A DNA stretch of 64,000 nt. Source: Anaerolineae bacterium. Its GTDB lineage: Bacteria; Chloroflexota; Anaerolineae; UBA1429. Each line of letters opens with the position of its first letter. Positions within the stretch are counted from its first letter, which is position 1. The stretch covers positions 1,881,946 through 1,945,945 of the forward strand of contig JAXGPZ010000001.1 of assembly GCA_040766725.1 (NCBI GenBank), given 5' to 3'. This document shows, piece after piece, positions 37,984 through 48,539 of this stretch. The notes beneath the pieces are model-generated. The model did not search any database, was not told the origin of the DNA, and saw only the letters and a program-made list of their open reading frames with translations. The translations under genes were made by a program, and so were the position numbers.

Positions 37984-40878
37984 TTGCTCTTGCTTCGCGT
38001 CGTCTTGCACCGCATCCAAGGCCGCCCTGGCCTGGCCGCCCTCTCGGTCCTCGCCATCGCCCTGGCCATCGGGCTGGCCACCAGCGTGCCGATCTTTGCC
38101 CAGGCCGTCAACCGCGCCATCCTCGAGGAAGAGCTTGGCCGCCTCGAGACCGACCTGCGGCGCTCGCCGCTGACCGTCAAGGCCTACTATCTGCCCGCCA
38201 GCACCGACCCCTTTACCGCCGAGCAGGCCCTCTCCTCACTGGTGTTCATGCAGGGCATCTATCAGCGCAACACCGACCTGCCCGTGACGCAGCAGCAGGT
38301 GGCCATCAGCTCGTCGGGGCTCTTGCTCAAGACGCAGCAGCCCGGCAGCTACGGCCCGGCCGGCACCTTTCTCGCCAACGCCAGTGTGGGGTTCCTCTCT
38401 GACATCGAGCAGCACATCGCCGTCGTCGACGGCGACGCCTGGGGCGCCGCCTCGACCGGCGCCCGCCTCAACGTGTGGATGCACGAATCCTTTGCCACCG
38501 AGCTCGGCCTGCACGCCGGCGAGGCCTATGACCTGCAGCCCATCTCGTCGCCTGCCACCATCGCCATCCGCATCGCCGGCCTGTGGGCGCCCAGCGATGC
38601 CACCGATCCTTACTGGCCAGCCAGCCCCAACTCCACCTACCGCAGCCTGCTGCTGGTGCACGGCGACGAGTACACCGCCCTGGTGCAGCCCCTGCTGGGC
38701 ACCATGCCCACCGCCTCGGTGCACTGGTCGCTGCACCTCGACGAGGCGCGCTTTGTGCCCGAGCTGGCCCGGCGCTACGTCGAGGGCCTCAGTCGCGCCG
38801 ACGTCGAGGTGCACCAGATGCTGCCCGACGCCAAGCTCGACGTGGCCGCCCTGCCCGCCCTGCAGGGCTACCTCGAACGCCTGCGGCCGCTCACCCTGCT
38901 GCTGTTCGGCTTTAGCGTGCCCATCATCGGTTTTGTGCTCTACTTTGTCGCCGTCGTCTCGGCCATTGCCGCCGACAGCGAGCGGCAGGTGGTGGCCGTG
39001 CTCGTCAGCCGCGGCGCCAGCGACGCCCAGGTCACCCTGCTGGCGCTGATCGAGGGCGGGCTGCTCTTGCTGCTGGGCACGCCCATCGGCATAGCCCTGG
39101 GCCTGGGCATCGGCCGCCTGATGGGCTACACCACCAGCTTTTTGCGGTTCGGGGCCATGTCGCCGCTCAACGTCTCGCTCGCGGGCCTCAACGGCTGGTT
39201 GATCGCGCTGACCATGCTCGTCTCGCTGCTGGCGCGCGTCTACCCCACCCTCACCACGCGCGGGCAGGGCGTCATCGCCCACGCCCGCGAGGTGGGCCGC
39301 CAGCTCAAGCCGCCCTTCTGGCAGTGCTATTATGTCGACCTCATCCTGATCTTGCCCACCTACTACCTGCTGCGGCAGCTCGCCCTGGCCGGTTCTATCT
39401 CCATCGGCAAGTGGCGCTCTTCGGGCGATCTCTTTAGCGACCCGATGGTCTTCTTGGTGCCCGCCTTTTTCATCATGACGTGCGCCCTGCTGGCGGCCCG
39501 CCTGGTGCCGCTGCTGCTGCGCCTGCTCGACCGCGCCTTCTCTAGCCTGCTGCCGGTGACGCCCGCCCTCACCCTGCAACAGCTCGGCCGGCGCGGCGGC
39601 GTGTACACCAACGCGCTGCTGCTCATCATGACCATGATGGCCGTGGGCGTCTTTGTCGCCTCGATGGCCGTCAGCCTCGACGACTGGCTGGCCGACCGCA
39701 TCGCCTATCGCATCGGCGCCGACCTGGCCTTTCGCGTCGACGAGGGCCCCAGCAACATCACCGCCGGCGCCTCGACCCTCGAGGAAGGCGGCTTTGTCGA
39801 GCAGATCGACCCGGGGCGCTGGCTGGTGCCCCTCGAAGACCTCGAGGCCATCCCCGGCGTGCGCGCCGCCACCTGGACGGGCCGCTACCGCGCCCACATC
39901 CCCGTCGACCCCACCAAGGTCGACCGTGGCTGGTTTCTGGCCATCGACCGCCAGAGCTTTCCCGACGCGGCCGCCTTTCGCCCCGATTTCGCCAGCGACT
40001 CGCTCGGCATGCTGATGAACCGCCTCGCCATCCACAGCAACGGCGTGCTCGTCTCTGAGGGCTACCTGGGGCGCACCGGCATGCAGGTGGGCGACCCGCT
40101 GCGCATCTGGGTGTCGACCGACGGCGCCAACACCATCGAGCTCAACCTGCTGATCGTGGGCAGCTACCGCCTCTTTCCCACCGTCTATGAAGGCCAGTAC
40201 GCCGCCGACGACGTGGCCGCGCGCCTCAAGCGCTCTGAAGAGGAGCGCGATACGGTGGTGGGCAACCTGGACTATATCATGAGCATGGGCGGCGGCGTGG
40301 CCACCTACAACGTGTGGCTGCGCGCTGATCCTGACGCCGACCTGCTGACGTTGCGCCGCGGCATCAGCGAGGTGGCGCCCTACACCGCCAACCACCTCGA
40401 TGTGTGGACCCTCACGGCGGAAGAGATCGAACGCAAAGAGCGCGTGGGCGTGTATGGCGTGCTCACCTCGGGGTTCATCGCGTCGCTGTTGCTGGCGGCC
40501 ATGGGGCTGCTCATCCAGCATCGCCGCTCGCTCGAGGATCGCCTGTGGCGCTTTGCGGCGCTGCGCGCCCTGGGCCTGAGCCAGCAGCAGGTGGTGGCGC
40601 AGGTGCAGCTCGAGTATCTGACGGTGCTGGTGCTGGGCCTGGCCGCCGGGGGGGCCATCGGCGTGGCTGCGGCGCGCATCTTTGTGCCCTTTTTCCGCGT
40701 CACCACCGCCGAGGGCGTCTTGCCGCTGCCGCCGCTGCGGCCTCAGCTCGACATCGCCAGCATGTGGGTGATGGCGGGGGCCTTTGCCCTGGTGCAGATC
40801 GTGATACAGGGCGGCCTATTGCACCGGGCGCTGCGCTCTGACCTGTTTCAGGTGCTGCGCATGGGCGCCCGCGAATAG
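37984..40878 (+). CDS. FtsX-family ABC transporter permease with two FtsX domains (MacB/YbbP-like), 964 aa
   Basis: An N-terminal TM helix and large extracytoplasmic domains. Two four-TM FtsX-type blocks (around aa 300-460 and 840-960). Apparent TTG start after GGAGG. Confidence 0.6.
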   Translation: MLLLRVVLHRIQGRPGLAALSVLAIALAIGLATSVPIFAQAVNRAILEEELGRLETDLRRSPLTVKAYYLPASTDPFTAEQALSSLVFMQGIYQRNTDLPVTQQQVAISSSGLLLKTQQPGSYGPAGTFLANASVGFLSDIEQHIAVVDGDAWGAASTGARLNVWMHESFATELGLHAGEAYDLQPISSPATIAIRIAGLWAPSDATDPYWPASPNSTYRSLLLVHGDEYTALVQPLLGTMPTASVHWSLHLDEARFVPELARRYVEGLSRADVEVHQMLPDAKLDVAALPALQGYLERLRPLTLLLFGFSVPIIGFVLYFVAVVSAIAADSERQVVAVLVSRGASDAQVTLLALIEGGLLLLLGTPIGIALGLGIGRLMGYTTSFLRFGAMSPLNVSLAGLNGWLIALTMLVSLLARVYPTLTTRGQGVIAHAREVGRQLKPPFWQCYYVDLILILPTYYLLRQLALAGSISIGKWRSSGDLFSDPMVFLVPAFFIMTCALLAARLVPLLLRLLDRAFSSLLPVTPALTLQQLGRRGGVYTNALLLIMTMMAVGVFVASMAVSLDDWLADRIAYRIGADLAFRVDEGPSNITAGASTLEEGGFVEQIDPGRWLVPLEDLEAIPGVRAATWTGRYRAHIPVDPTKVDRGWFLAIDRQSFPDAAAFRPDFASDSLGMLMNRLAIHSNGVLVSEGYLGRTGMQVGDPLRIWVSTDGANTIELNLLIVGSYRLFPTVYEGQYAADDVAARLKRSEEERDTVVGNLDYIMSMGGGVATYNVWLRADPDADLLTLRRGISEVAPYTANHLDVWTLTAEEIERKERVGVYGVLTSGFIASLLLAAMGLLIQHRRSLEDRLWRFAALRALGLSQQQVVAQVQLEYLTVLVLGLAAGGAIGVAAARIFVPFFRVTTAEGVLPLPPLRPQLDIASMWVMAGAFALVQIVIQGGLLHRALRSDLFQVLRMGARE

Positions 40879-40908
40879 CCCGCCCCGTTCTGTGGCCCTG
40901 GTCCTGGG

Positions 40909-41394
40909 CTAGACCAGCTCAAACGTCATGAGGCTGTTGTAGAACATGCCGGCGTAGTACTCGTAGGTGGCCACATCCTTGCCCTGGGCGATAAAGGTCA
41001 GTTGGGCGTCGCCCCAGAACATGGTGCGGACCCAGCGCTTGCGCTCCACGTCACCGTCGCGGTAGACAAAGCGCGCGTCCCAGCCCTTGAACACCCGCGT
41101 GACGGTCTCTTTGCGCCACTCGATGTCGACGATGTCGAGCTGCGACAGCCCCTGCTCAAAGCCCTCGCGCAGCGCAGAGATGTCATCCTCTTCCACCGAA
41201 TAGTCGAGCGTCACCTTTTCGACCAGCAGGCAGGTGTCCATGTCGTCGAGGTCGGGCACGAACAGCGCCCCCGGGTTGCCCGTGTTCAGCTCCAGCCGGT
41301 GCCAATCTTGCGGCACCCACACGCCATAGCCGGCGTCGCCGAACACGTGCTTGTAGATTCCAGTTCCCTTGGCGCGTTTGGGCTCGTCTGCCAT
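40909..41394 (-). CDS. Hypothetical soluble protein
   Basis: Start at MADEPKR (GGGGGAG SD). No recognisable family motif. Confidence 0.4.
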   Translation of the reverse strand: MADEPKRAKGTGIYKHVFGDAGYGVWVPQDWHRLELNTGNPGALFVPDLDDMDTCLLVEKVTLDYSVEEDDISALREGFEQGLSQLDIVDIEWRKETVTRVFKGWDARFVYRDGDVERKRWVRTMFWGDAQLTFIAQGKDVATYEYYAGMFYNSLMTFELV

Positions 41395-41483
41395 CTTCTC
41401 CCCCTTGAAAAGTCTGACGTTCATTATACCTGGCCCACCTGCCTGCAACAACTGCCCCGCCCGCTGGCGTGCCCCCGCCAGGG

Positions 41484-43025
41484 TCAGTCGGGCAGGATGT
41501 CCAGGAACACCGGCAACAGCATTTGGTCCACCGGCGCATAGCGATCGGTCAGCAGCACCGTGCGGTCCTCGGCCAGCAGCGCGTCCAGCGTCGCCTCGTC
41601 GAGCAGTTGCGCGGCCAGCTCCTCAGAGTGCACCGCCAAACCGTCGCGGTCCAGCGGCTCGTCGCTGGCGATGATCACGATGGTGTAGCGCGTGGCGCGG
41701 CGCCACGAGTCGACGTCCATCACCGCATACACGTGCCGCCACGTCTGCCGCAGCGTGTGGACATATGAACGGAACAGCTCGCCCGATGGCCCGTCGATCA
41801 TGTTGATCACATACAGGCCGTCGGGGGCCATCCAGGCGTGCACCTGCTGGTTGAACTCGTGCGTCGTCAGGTGATAGGGCACTGAAAAGTCGTTGAACGC
41901 GTCGCCGAACACCAGGTCATAGGCGCGGTCGGGCGTGCGCTCCAGGAACATGCGCGCGTCCTCGTTGTAGGTGCGGATGCGCGTGTCGCGCTCCAGGCCC
42001 AGCATCTGGTGGGCGATCTCGGTCACCCCCGGGTCGATCTCGATCACGTCGAGCTCGCTCTCGGGCAACACCGCCTCCATGTAGCGCGGAAAGGTGTAGC
42101 CGCCCCCGCCGATGAACAGCGCCTGCAGCGGATTGTGTCGCTCGGCCTGATAGGCCGTGGCGCCGGCATACATACGCTCGTAGGTGTACACCAGCCGCGT
42201 GGGGTCATCGAGCGACGAGTAGCTGTGCACCAGCCGGTCGAGGATCAGCACCTTGACGGGATGCCCCTCGCGGGTCTCGTCGCCCACCTTGATGCAGTAA
42301 TAGTCGCTCTCGAGCGTGCAGGGGCCACGGAACCAGCCGCGCTGCACGGCGATGCCGGTGCCGCCCGCCAGCAGCGCCAGGCAGATGGCGATGGCCCACC
42401 AGCGCCCGCGCCCCCCAATGACGGCGCCCATCAGCAGCAGCAGGCAGCCGATGCCCCACACCACCGGCCGGGTGCCGAACTGCGAGATCAGCCAGAACCC
42501 CGTGGCAAAGGTGGCCACGATGCTGCCCACCGTCTCGAGGGCGTGGATGCGCCCCACCGTGCTGCCCGCCTCTTGCACGTCGCGCATCGTCAGCCGCACC
42601 ACCACCGGCGAGATGCAGCCCAGCGCCAGGCAGGGCAAGAACGCCAGCCCGATGCCCAGCGCCGCCAGCCCCGCCACATACGACAGGTTCGCCTGGGCGA
42701 GCTTTTCCACCTGCGCCACGGCATCGATGATGTCCACCAGCAGCACGCTCCAACTGAGCAGGCCGCCGACGATCAGCAACACCGCCAGCAGCCGCGGCGA
42801 CGACCAGCGGTCGGCCAGGCGCCCGCCCAGCCAGCTCCCCAGGCTGATGCCCAGCATGACGATGCTGATGATGGCCGTCCACGTGTAGAGCGACCAGCCC
42901 ACGTATGTCGCCGCGATGCGCCCCACCACCAGCTCGAGCGCCATGATGCTGCCGCTGGCCAGCACAGCGATGAGCCCCGGGCGCCAGTGCCAGCCATGCT
43001 CTCGGGTCTGAGCCGTCGCGCTCAT
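41484..43025 (-). CDS. Spermidine-synthase-like (PABS/AdoMet-MTase fold) protein fused to an N-terminal polytopic membrane domain
   Basis: C-terminal LFIGGGGYTFPRYM...DVIEIDPGV...LVFGDAFND resembles spermidine synthase. The N-terminal ~200 aa have 5-6 TM helices. Start at MSATAQ overlaps the upstream gene's stop (ATGA at 43022-43025). Confidence 0.6.
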   Translation of the reverse strand: MSATAQTREHGWHWRPGLIAVLASGSIMALELVVGRIAATYVGWSLYTWTAIISIVMLGISLGSWLGGRLADRWSSPRLLAVLLIVGGLLSWSVLLVDIIDAVAQVEKLAQANLSYVAGLAALGIGLAFLPCLALGCISPVVVRLTMRDVQEAGSTVGRIHALETVGSIVATFATGFWLISQFGTRPVVWGIGCLLLLMGAVIGGRGRWWAIAICLALLAGGTGIAVQRGWFRGPCTLESDYYCIKVGDETREGHPVKVLILDRLVHSYSSLDDPTRLVYTYERMYAGATAYQAERHNPLQALFIGGGGYTFPRYMEAVLPESELDVIEIDPGVTEIAHQMLGLERDTRIRTYNEDARMFLERTPDRAYDLVFGDAFNDFSVPYHLTTHEFNQQVHAWMAPDGLYVINMIDGPSGELFRSYVHTLRQTWRHVYAVMDVDSWRRATRYTIVIIASDEPLDRDGLAVHSEELAAQLLDEATLDALLAEDRTVLLTDRYAPVDQMLLPVFLDILPD

Positions 43026-43672
43026 CGCGTCACCTCCCCAGCCATGGCCCGCCCCGCAATGCGCAGCGCCAGCGCCCACAGCAGCAGCAGCCCGCCCACC
43101 GCCGCGATGATCAGGTCCACCCGCAGCGTGGGGATCAGCCAAAAGCCGGTGCCCACCGTGCCGATGATGCTGCCCAGCGTGGCCACCGCATAGATGCTGC
43201 CCACCGTGCGCCCGGCGCGCGCCAGGTCGTGCACGGCCAGCCGCGCCACTAGCGGCGATACGCACCCCAGCACCGTGCTGGGCAGCAGGAACATGGCGGC
43301 CATCACGCCCACCACCCGCCACAGCAGCGGCAGACGGCTCTCGCCCGGCTCGAGCAGGCCGTCGATGGGCAACACCAGCAGCGCCGCCAGCCCGGCCAGT
43401 GCAAAGATCAGGCCCAGCAGCCGCACCGACGGCCGCCGGTCGGCCAGCCGCCCGCCCAGGTAGTTGCCCGCGCTGATGCCCGTCAGCACCACGCCGATGA
43501 CCGTGGTCCACGTGTAGAGCGACGAGCCCACATAGGGCGCAATGACGCGACCGGCCGCCAGCTCGAGCACCATGATGCACAGGCTCGAGATGAACACCGT
43601 CAGATAGGGCCGCCAGAGCCAGTGGCGCGCGGGTGGCGCCGCCTCGACCTGTTCGATGACAGACATGGGCAC
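43022..43672 (-). CDS. Standalone polytopic membrane protein, paralog of the membrane domain of the downstream spermidine-synthase-like fusion
   Basis: About 50% identity to the N-terminal domain of 41484-43025 (WLWRPYLTVF...LELAAGRVIAPYVGSSLYTWT versus WHWRPGLIAV...LELVVGRIAATYVGWSLYTWT). Confidence 0.5.
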   Translation of the reverse strand: MPMSVIEQVEAAPPARHWLWRPYLTVFISSLCIMVLELAAGRVIAPYVGSSLYTWTTVIGVVLTGISAGNYLGGRLADRRPSVRLLGLIFALAGLAALLVLPIDGLLEPGESRLPLLWRVVGVMAAMFLLPSTVLGCVSPLVARLAVHDLARAGRTVGSIYAVATLGSIIGTVGTGFWLIPTLRVDLIIAAVGGLLLLWALALRIAGRAMAGEVTR

Positions 43673-43724
43673 TCCTCGCTGGTTGGGCTGGAAGCCGGCC
43701 CGGCCGGTGTCGGTGACGTCGCTC

Positions 43725-44456
43725 TCAGCCGCGGCCGATATAGAGCTGCTGCAGCGGCAGCACGATCGCCTCGAGCATGTTGGCCTCGGGCGGCAGCGTG
43801 GCCATCAACAGCGCCACCCGCGCCATGTCGGCCGTGGCGATCATCGGCTCGTCGTCCATGTCGCGGTCTGAATGCACGCGCCGCTCTACCGCCGTGTTGC
43901 CCGGGTGCAGGCAGCTCACGGCAATGCCATAGTCGCGCCCCTCGAGCGCCGCCGCCTGCGTGAGCCCCCACACGCCGAACTTGGCCGCCGTGTAGGGCGC
44001 CATGTTCACCCGCGTGCGCGATGCCGAGATCGACCCGATGTTGATGATGCGCCCGTTGCGCGCGGGCTTCATAATCCTGAACGCCTCGCGCGTGCACAGG
44101 AACGGCCCCGTCAGGCAGGCGCCGATGACATTGTCCCACTGCGCCAGCGTCAGCTCTTCGATCGGGCCGTCGTCGAACGCGCCCGAGCTGTTCACCAGTA
44201 GGTCGAGCCGCCCATAGCGCGCCATCGTCTCGGCAAAGAGCGCCTGCACCTGCGCCTCGTCGGTCACGTCGCAGCGCGCGGCCAGCGCCTGAGCGCCCAA
44301 CGCGCGCGCCTCGGCCGCTGCCGCTTCCAGGCGCGCCATCGTACGCCCCGAGACCACCACCGTGCAGCCCTCGGCGGCGAACGCCAGCGCGATCCCCTTG
44401 CCGATGCCGCTGCCGCCGCCGGTGACGATCGCTACCTTGCCATCCAGTTGGCCCAT
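43725..44456 (-). CDS. SDR family short-chain dehydrogenase/reductase
   Basis: Start at MGQLDGKVAIVTGGGSGIGKG (TGxxxGxG). YTAAK catalytic YxxxK. Confidence 0.8.
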   Translation of the reverse strand: MGQLDGKVAIVTGGGSGIGKGIALAFAAEGCTVVVSGRTMARLEAAAAEARALGAQALAARCDVTDEAQVQALFAETMARYGRLDLLVNSSGAFDDGPIEELTLAQWDNVIGACLTGPFLCTREAFRIMKPARNGRIINIGSISASRTRVNMAPYTAAKFGVWGLTQAAALEGRDYGIAVSCLHPGNTAVERRVHSDRDMDDEPMIATADMARVALLMATLPPEANMLEAIVLPLQQLYIGRG

Positions 44457-44601
44457 GGCCCGCCTCCCATCCACATTTTCCGGCAGTATGCGCGCGTTGC
44501 AGCGGCTGCGCAAGCCTCTGCAACAGCCCCTCGCCACGCTTTGACACCCCGCACCTGCCGTGCCACACTGAACGGCAGTTCCGCTTGGGAGGTCCATCAA
44601 C

Positions 44602-46272
44602 ATGCGTGTTGCCGAGGTCGTCGTCCGCATCCTGGAAAAAGAGGGCATCACCGCCGCCTTTGGCATCCCGGGCGCGGCCATCAACCCGGTCTACGAGCAC
44701 CTGGGCACGTCGGCCCAGATCCGTCACTATATCGCGCGCCACGAAGAGGGCGCGGTGCACGCCGCCGACGGCCACTTTCGCGCCAGCGGGCGCATGGCCC
44801 TGGCCATCTGCACGTCGGGCCCCGGCGCCACCAACTTTGTGACCGGCCTCTACACCGCGCAGGTCGACTCGATGCCCCTCATCGCCATCACCGGCCAGAA
44901 CACGCGCGACAACCTCAACAAAGAGGCCTTTCAGGCCGTCGACATCGCCACCATCTGCAAGCCGGTGGCCAAAGCCACCTGGTGCATCACCGTGCCCGAG
45001 CAGGTGCCCGCCATCATGCAAAAGGCCTTCTGGACGGCCCGCGAAGGCCGCCCCGGCCCCGTGCTGCTCGACCTGCCGCTGGACGTGCAGATGGCCGACA
45101 TCCCCTTTGACCCCGACGCCTATGCGCCCCTGCCCGTCGTCAGGCCGGCGCCCGACGCGACGCAGATCGCCCGCGCCGTCGACCTGCTGCTGGCCGCCGA
45201 GCACCCCATCATGATCATGGGGGGCGGCGTGCTGCTCAGCGGCGCCGCTGAACGCTGCGTGGCGCTGGCCGAGCACCTGGCGTTGCCCGTGGTCACCACC
45301 TACATGGCCACCGGCGGCATCGCCGCCGACCACCCGCTGCACGTGGGCCACATCGGCATTCAGGTGGGCAGCCCCTACGGCAACCGCATGTTCCTGGGCT
45401 CTGACCTGGTGCTGGGCATCGGCTGCCGCTTCAACGACCGGCACACCGGCAAGCTGAGCGTCTACACCCAGGGGCGCCGCTTTATCCACGTCAACATCGA
45501 GCCCGAGCACATCGGCCGCATCGTGCCCACCGAGCTGGGCATCGTCGCCGACGCCGGCCTGGCCATCGACGCGCTGCTGGCCGAGGCCCGCCGCCGCACG
45601 CCGCCCCGCCGGCCGCAGGGCCGCGTGGCCACCATCCCCCAGGACCGCGCCGCCGCCGCGCGCCGCACCGACTTTTGCCAGGTGCCCATCAAGCCGCAGC
45701 GCGTCTATCACGAGATGAACGCCTTTTTCCCGGCCGACGCCATGTTCACCACCGGCTGCGGCCTCACGCAGATCTGGTCGGGCCAGTTCCAACACACCTC
45801 GCGCCCCATGACCTACCTGGCCTCGGGCGGAGCCGGCACCCTGGGCTATGACCTGCCCGCGGCCATCGGCGCCAAGGTGGCCTGCCCCGACCGCATCGCC
45901 GTGGCCGTCATGGGCGATGGCGGCTTTGGCTTTATGATGGAAGAGCTGGCCATGGCCTGCCAGCATCAGGTGCCCGTCATCACCATCATCGTCAACAACG
46001 GCTATCTCTCGCTCATCCGCCAGAACCAGCGCTATGCCTACGAGTACGAGTACGGCGTCGACCTGACCTACAACGGCCGTGGCATCGACTTTGTGCGGCT
46101 GGCCGAGGCCTTTGGCGCCTATGGCGAGCGCGTCGAGCGCCCCGAGGACCTGCGCCCCGCCTTTGAGCGCGCGGTGGCCTGCGGCCGCCCCGCCGTCATC
46201 GACGTCATCGTCGAGCGCCAGACCGACGCCGCCATGGGCGCGGCCCTCGACGCCATACGCGAGTTCGACTAG
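44602..46272 (+). CDS. Thiamine-pyrophosphate-dependent enzyme (acetolactate-synthase-like large-subunit fold)
   Basis: The N-terminal TPP_enzyme_N block (GIPGAAINPVYEHL...ICTSGPGATNFVTGL). A central domain and a C-terminal GDGGFGFMMEELAMA...NNGYLSLIRQ TPP-binding motif. Confidence 0.75.
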   Translation: MRVAEVVVRILEKEGITAAFGIPGAAINPVYEHLGTSAQIRHYIARHEEGAVHAADGHFRASGRMALAICTSGPGATNFVTGLYTAQVDSMPLIAITGQNTRDNLNKEAFQAVDIATICKPVAKATWCITVPEQVPAIMQKAFWTAREGRPGPVLLDLPLDVQMADIPFDPDAYAPLPVVRPAPDATQIARAVDLLLAAEHPIMIMGGGVLLSGAAERCVALAEHLALPVVTTYMATGGIAADHPLHVGHIGIQVGSPYGNRMFLGSDLVLGIGCRFNDRHTGKLSVYTQGRRFIHVNIEPEHIGRIVPTELGIVADAGLAIDALLAEARRRTPPRRPQGRVATIPQDRAAAARRTDFCQVPIKPQRVYHEMNAFFPADAMFTTGCGLTQIWSGQFQHTSRPMTYLASGGAGTLGYDLPAAIGAKVACPDRIAVAVMGDGGFGFMMEELAMACQHQVPVITIIVNNGYLSLIRQNQRYAYEYEYGVDLTYNGRGIDFVRLAEAFGAYGERVERPEDLRPAFERAVACGRPAVIDVIVERQTDAAMGAALDAIREFD

Positions 46273-46283
46273 AAGAGCGCGCC

Positions 46284-47378
46284 ATGCAGCAGGTGACCAT
46301 CTACCGCCAGCCCGGCCGCTTTGCCGGCTGGCCCGCCAACTATGGCCTGTGGGCCTGGGGCAACGAGCTGGTGCTCTGCTTTACCGCCGGCTACCACGAC
46401 AGCCAGGGGCGCTTTCATGCCCGCGATGTGACGCGCCCCTTTGAGACGCTGCAGGCTCGCAGCCTCGACGGCGGCGAGACCTGGCAGGTGGAGCCCTTTC
46501 CCGGGGGCACGCCGGGCGGGCGGGCCCTCTCGGCCGACGAGCACATGCTGCCCGAGCTGGGCGCGGCCGCCGCCATCGCCGCCGGCGATGCGCCCCGGCC
46601 CTCGCCCGGCGGCTGGAACCTGCTGCACCCCGACCTGGCCATCATGTGCGCCCGCACCGGCCTGGCCGCGGGCGTGCAATCCTTCTTTTACGTCTCCACC
46701 GACCGCTGCCACCACTGGCAGGGGCCCTATGCGCTGCCCATGTTCGGGCAGACGGGCGTCGCCGCGCGCACCGACGTGGTCGTGCTCGGCGAGCACGAGG
46801 CGCTGCTGCTGCTGACCGCCAACAAGGCCGACGGCCACGAGGGCCGCGTGCTCTGCGCCCACACCGCCGATGGCCTGGGCACGTTCGAGCTGCGCGCCTT
46901 CGTCGGGCCCGAGCCGCCCACTGGCGCGTTCGACATCATGCCGGCCAGCGTGCGCCTGCCCACCGGCGCCATCCTCACGGCCATCCGCTGCCGCGGCGCC
47001 GATGGCGCGGCGTGGATCGACCTGTGGCGCTCTGACGACCGCGGCTGCACCTGGCGCCGCATCGCCCGTCCGGTGGCCTTTCGCGAGCCGGGCCACAGCG
47101 GCAACCCGCCCACCCTCACGCTGCTGCCCGACGGCCGCCTGGCCCTCGCCTACGGCAACCGCGACGCGCCCTACACCATCGCCGCGCGCCTCAGCACCGA
47201 CGAGGGCGCCACCTGGTCGGCCGAGGTGACCCTGCGCGCCGGCGGCGGCAGCCGCGACCTGGGCTATCCCCGCACGGCGCCGCGCGCCGATGGCGCCCTG
47301 GTCACCGCCTACTATTTCAACGATCGGCCCGACGGCGACGGCGAGCGCTTTGTCGCCGCCACCATCTGGCGGCCCTGA
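46284..47378 (+). CDS. BNR/Asp-box repeat protein (sialidase/exo-alpha-sialidase-like beta-propeller), cytoplasmic
   Basis: Asp-box motifs SLDGGETW, STDRCHHW, SDDRGCTW, STDEGATW. No signal peptide. Confidence 0.55.
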   Translation: MQQVTIYRQPGRFAGWPANYGLWAWGNELVLCFTAGYHDSQGRFHARDVTRPFETLQARSLDGGETWQVEPFPGGTPGGRALSADEHMLPELGAAAAIAAGDAPRPSPGGWNLLHPDLAIMCARTGLAAGVQSFFYVSTDRCHHWQGPYALPMFGQTGVAARTDVVVLGEHEALLLLTANKADGHEGRVLCAHTADGLGTFELRAFVGPEPPTGAFDIMPASVRLPTGAILTAIRCRGADGAAWIDLWRSDDRGCTWRRIARPVAFREPGHSGNPPTLTLLPDGRLALAYGNRDAPYTIAARLSTDEGATWSAEVTLRAGGGSRDLGYPRTAPRADGALVTAYYFNDRPDGDGERFVAATIWRP

Positions 47379-47612
47379 GCCAGCGCCGGCGCCAGATGCT
47401 TGACGCCGGGGCGTAAAGGCATCTATAGTATCAGCGAGGCGTCAGCTCTTGGGGGGACGCTCGCGGCCTCACCACTCGAGTCTGTCATGAGTTCGGGGCG
47501 CACGTCGGGCACGCCACGCCCGCAACGGGTTAGCGCCTCTGGGGCGCCAGGCCCTGGCCTGGTCGGTATCTGCGTGCGCGTCCCCCGCCTGGCTCGGCAA
47601 AGGGGGGTCGCC

Positions 47613-48539
47613 ATGCCAACCATCGATCTCCGCTCTCGCGCCCGTGGAGCCCTGCTCGGCCTCGCCGCCGGCGACGCGCTGGGCGCCGCTGTCGAGTTCA
47701 CGCCCGGGCCGCACCACCTCACCGACATGGTCGGCGGTGGCCCCTTTGCCCTGTGGCCGGGCGAGTGGACCGACGACACCAGCATGGCCCTCTGCCTGGC
47801 CAGCAGCCTCGTCGAGCTCGGCCGATTCGACCCCGCCGACCAGATGGAGCGCTATCTGCGCTGGTGGCGCGAGGGCTACATGTCGAGCAACGGCCTCTGC
47901 TTTGACATCGGCAACACCGTGGCCACCGCCCTGCGCCGCTACCAGGCCAGCGGCGAGCCCTACGCCGGCGCCACCGATCCCTTCTCGGCCGGCAACGGCT
48001 CGCTGATGCGCCTGGCGCCCGTGCCCCTCTTTTTCCACGACGACGCCGAGGCGGCTATCGAGCACGCCGCGCTGAGCTCGCGCACCACCCACGCCACCCT
48101 GGAGGCCGTCGACGCCTGCCGCTACTATGCCGGGCTGATCTGGGGCGCACTGCAGGGCCTCGACAAGGCCACGCTGCTCGCACCCCATTATGCGCCCGTG
48201 CCCGGCCTGTGGGAGCGCGCCCCCCTGGCCCCCGAGATCGCTGCCGTGGCGGCGGGCTCTTTTCGGCACAAAGAGCCGCCCGCGATCGAGGGCAGCGGCT
48301 ATGTGGTCCGCTCGATGGAAGCCGCGCTGTGGGCGCTCCACAAGAGCGAGGGCTACCGCCAGGGCGCGCTGCTGGCCGTCAACCTGGGCGACGACGCCGA
48401 CACCACCGGCGCCATCTATGGGCAGTTGGCCGGCGCCCTCTATGGCGAGCAGGACATCCCCGCCGACTGGCGCGGCAAGCTGGCCCTGCGCCAGCGCATC
48501 ATCCAGTTGGCCGACGACCTGGTGGCGCCGCCGCGCTAG
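47613..48539 (+). CDS. ADP-ribosylglycohydrolase family protein (DraG-like)
   Basis: [18 protein letters not shown]...WTDDTSMAL...[20 protein letters not shown]. Start at MPTIDL (GGGGGG SD). Confidence 0.7.
   Translation: MPTIDLRSRARGALLGLAAGDALGAAVEFTPGPHHLTDMVGGGPFALWPGEWTDDTSMALCLASSLVELGRFDPADQMERYLRWWREGYMSSNGLCFDIGNTVATALRRYQASGEPYAGATDPFSAGNGSLMRLAPVPLFFHDDAEAAIEHAALSSRTTHATLEAVDACRYYAGLIWGALQGLDKATLLAPHYAPVPGLWERAPLAPEIAAVAAGSFRHKEPPAIEGSGYVVRSMEAALWALHKSEGYRQGALLAVNLGDDADTTGAIYGQLAGALYGEQDIPADWRGKLALRQRIIQLADDLVAPPR

Noticed and set aside
38236-40521. 761-aa minus-strand ORF antisense to the FtsX permease gene
   Set aside because: Highly biased Gly/His/Ala/Gln composition. The plus-strand ORF has a coherent TM architecture.
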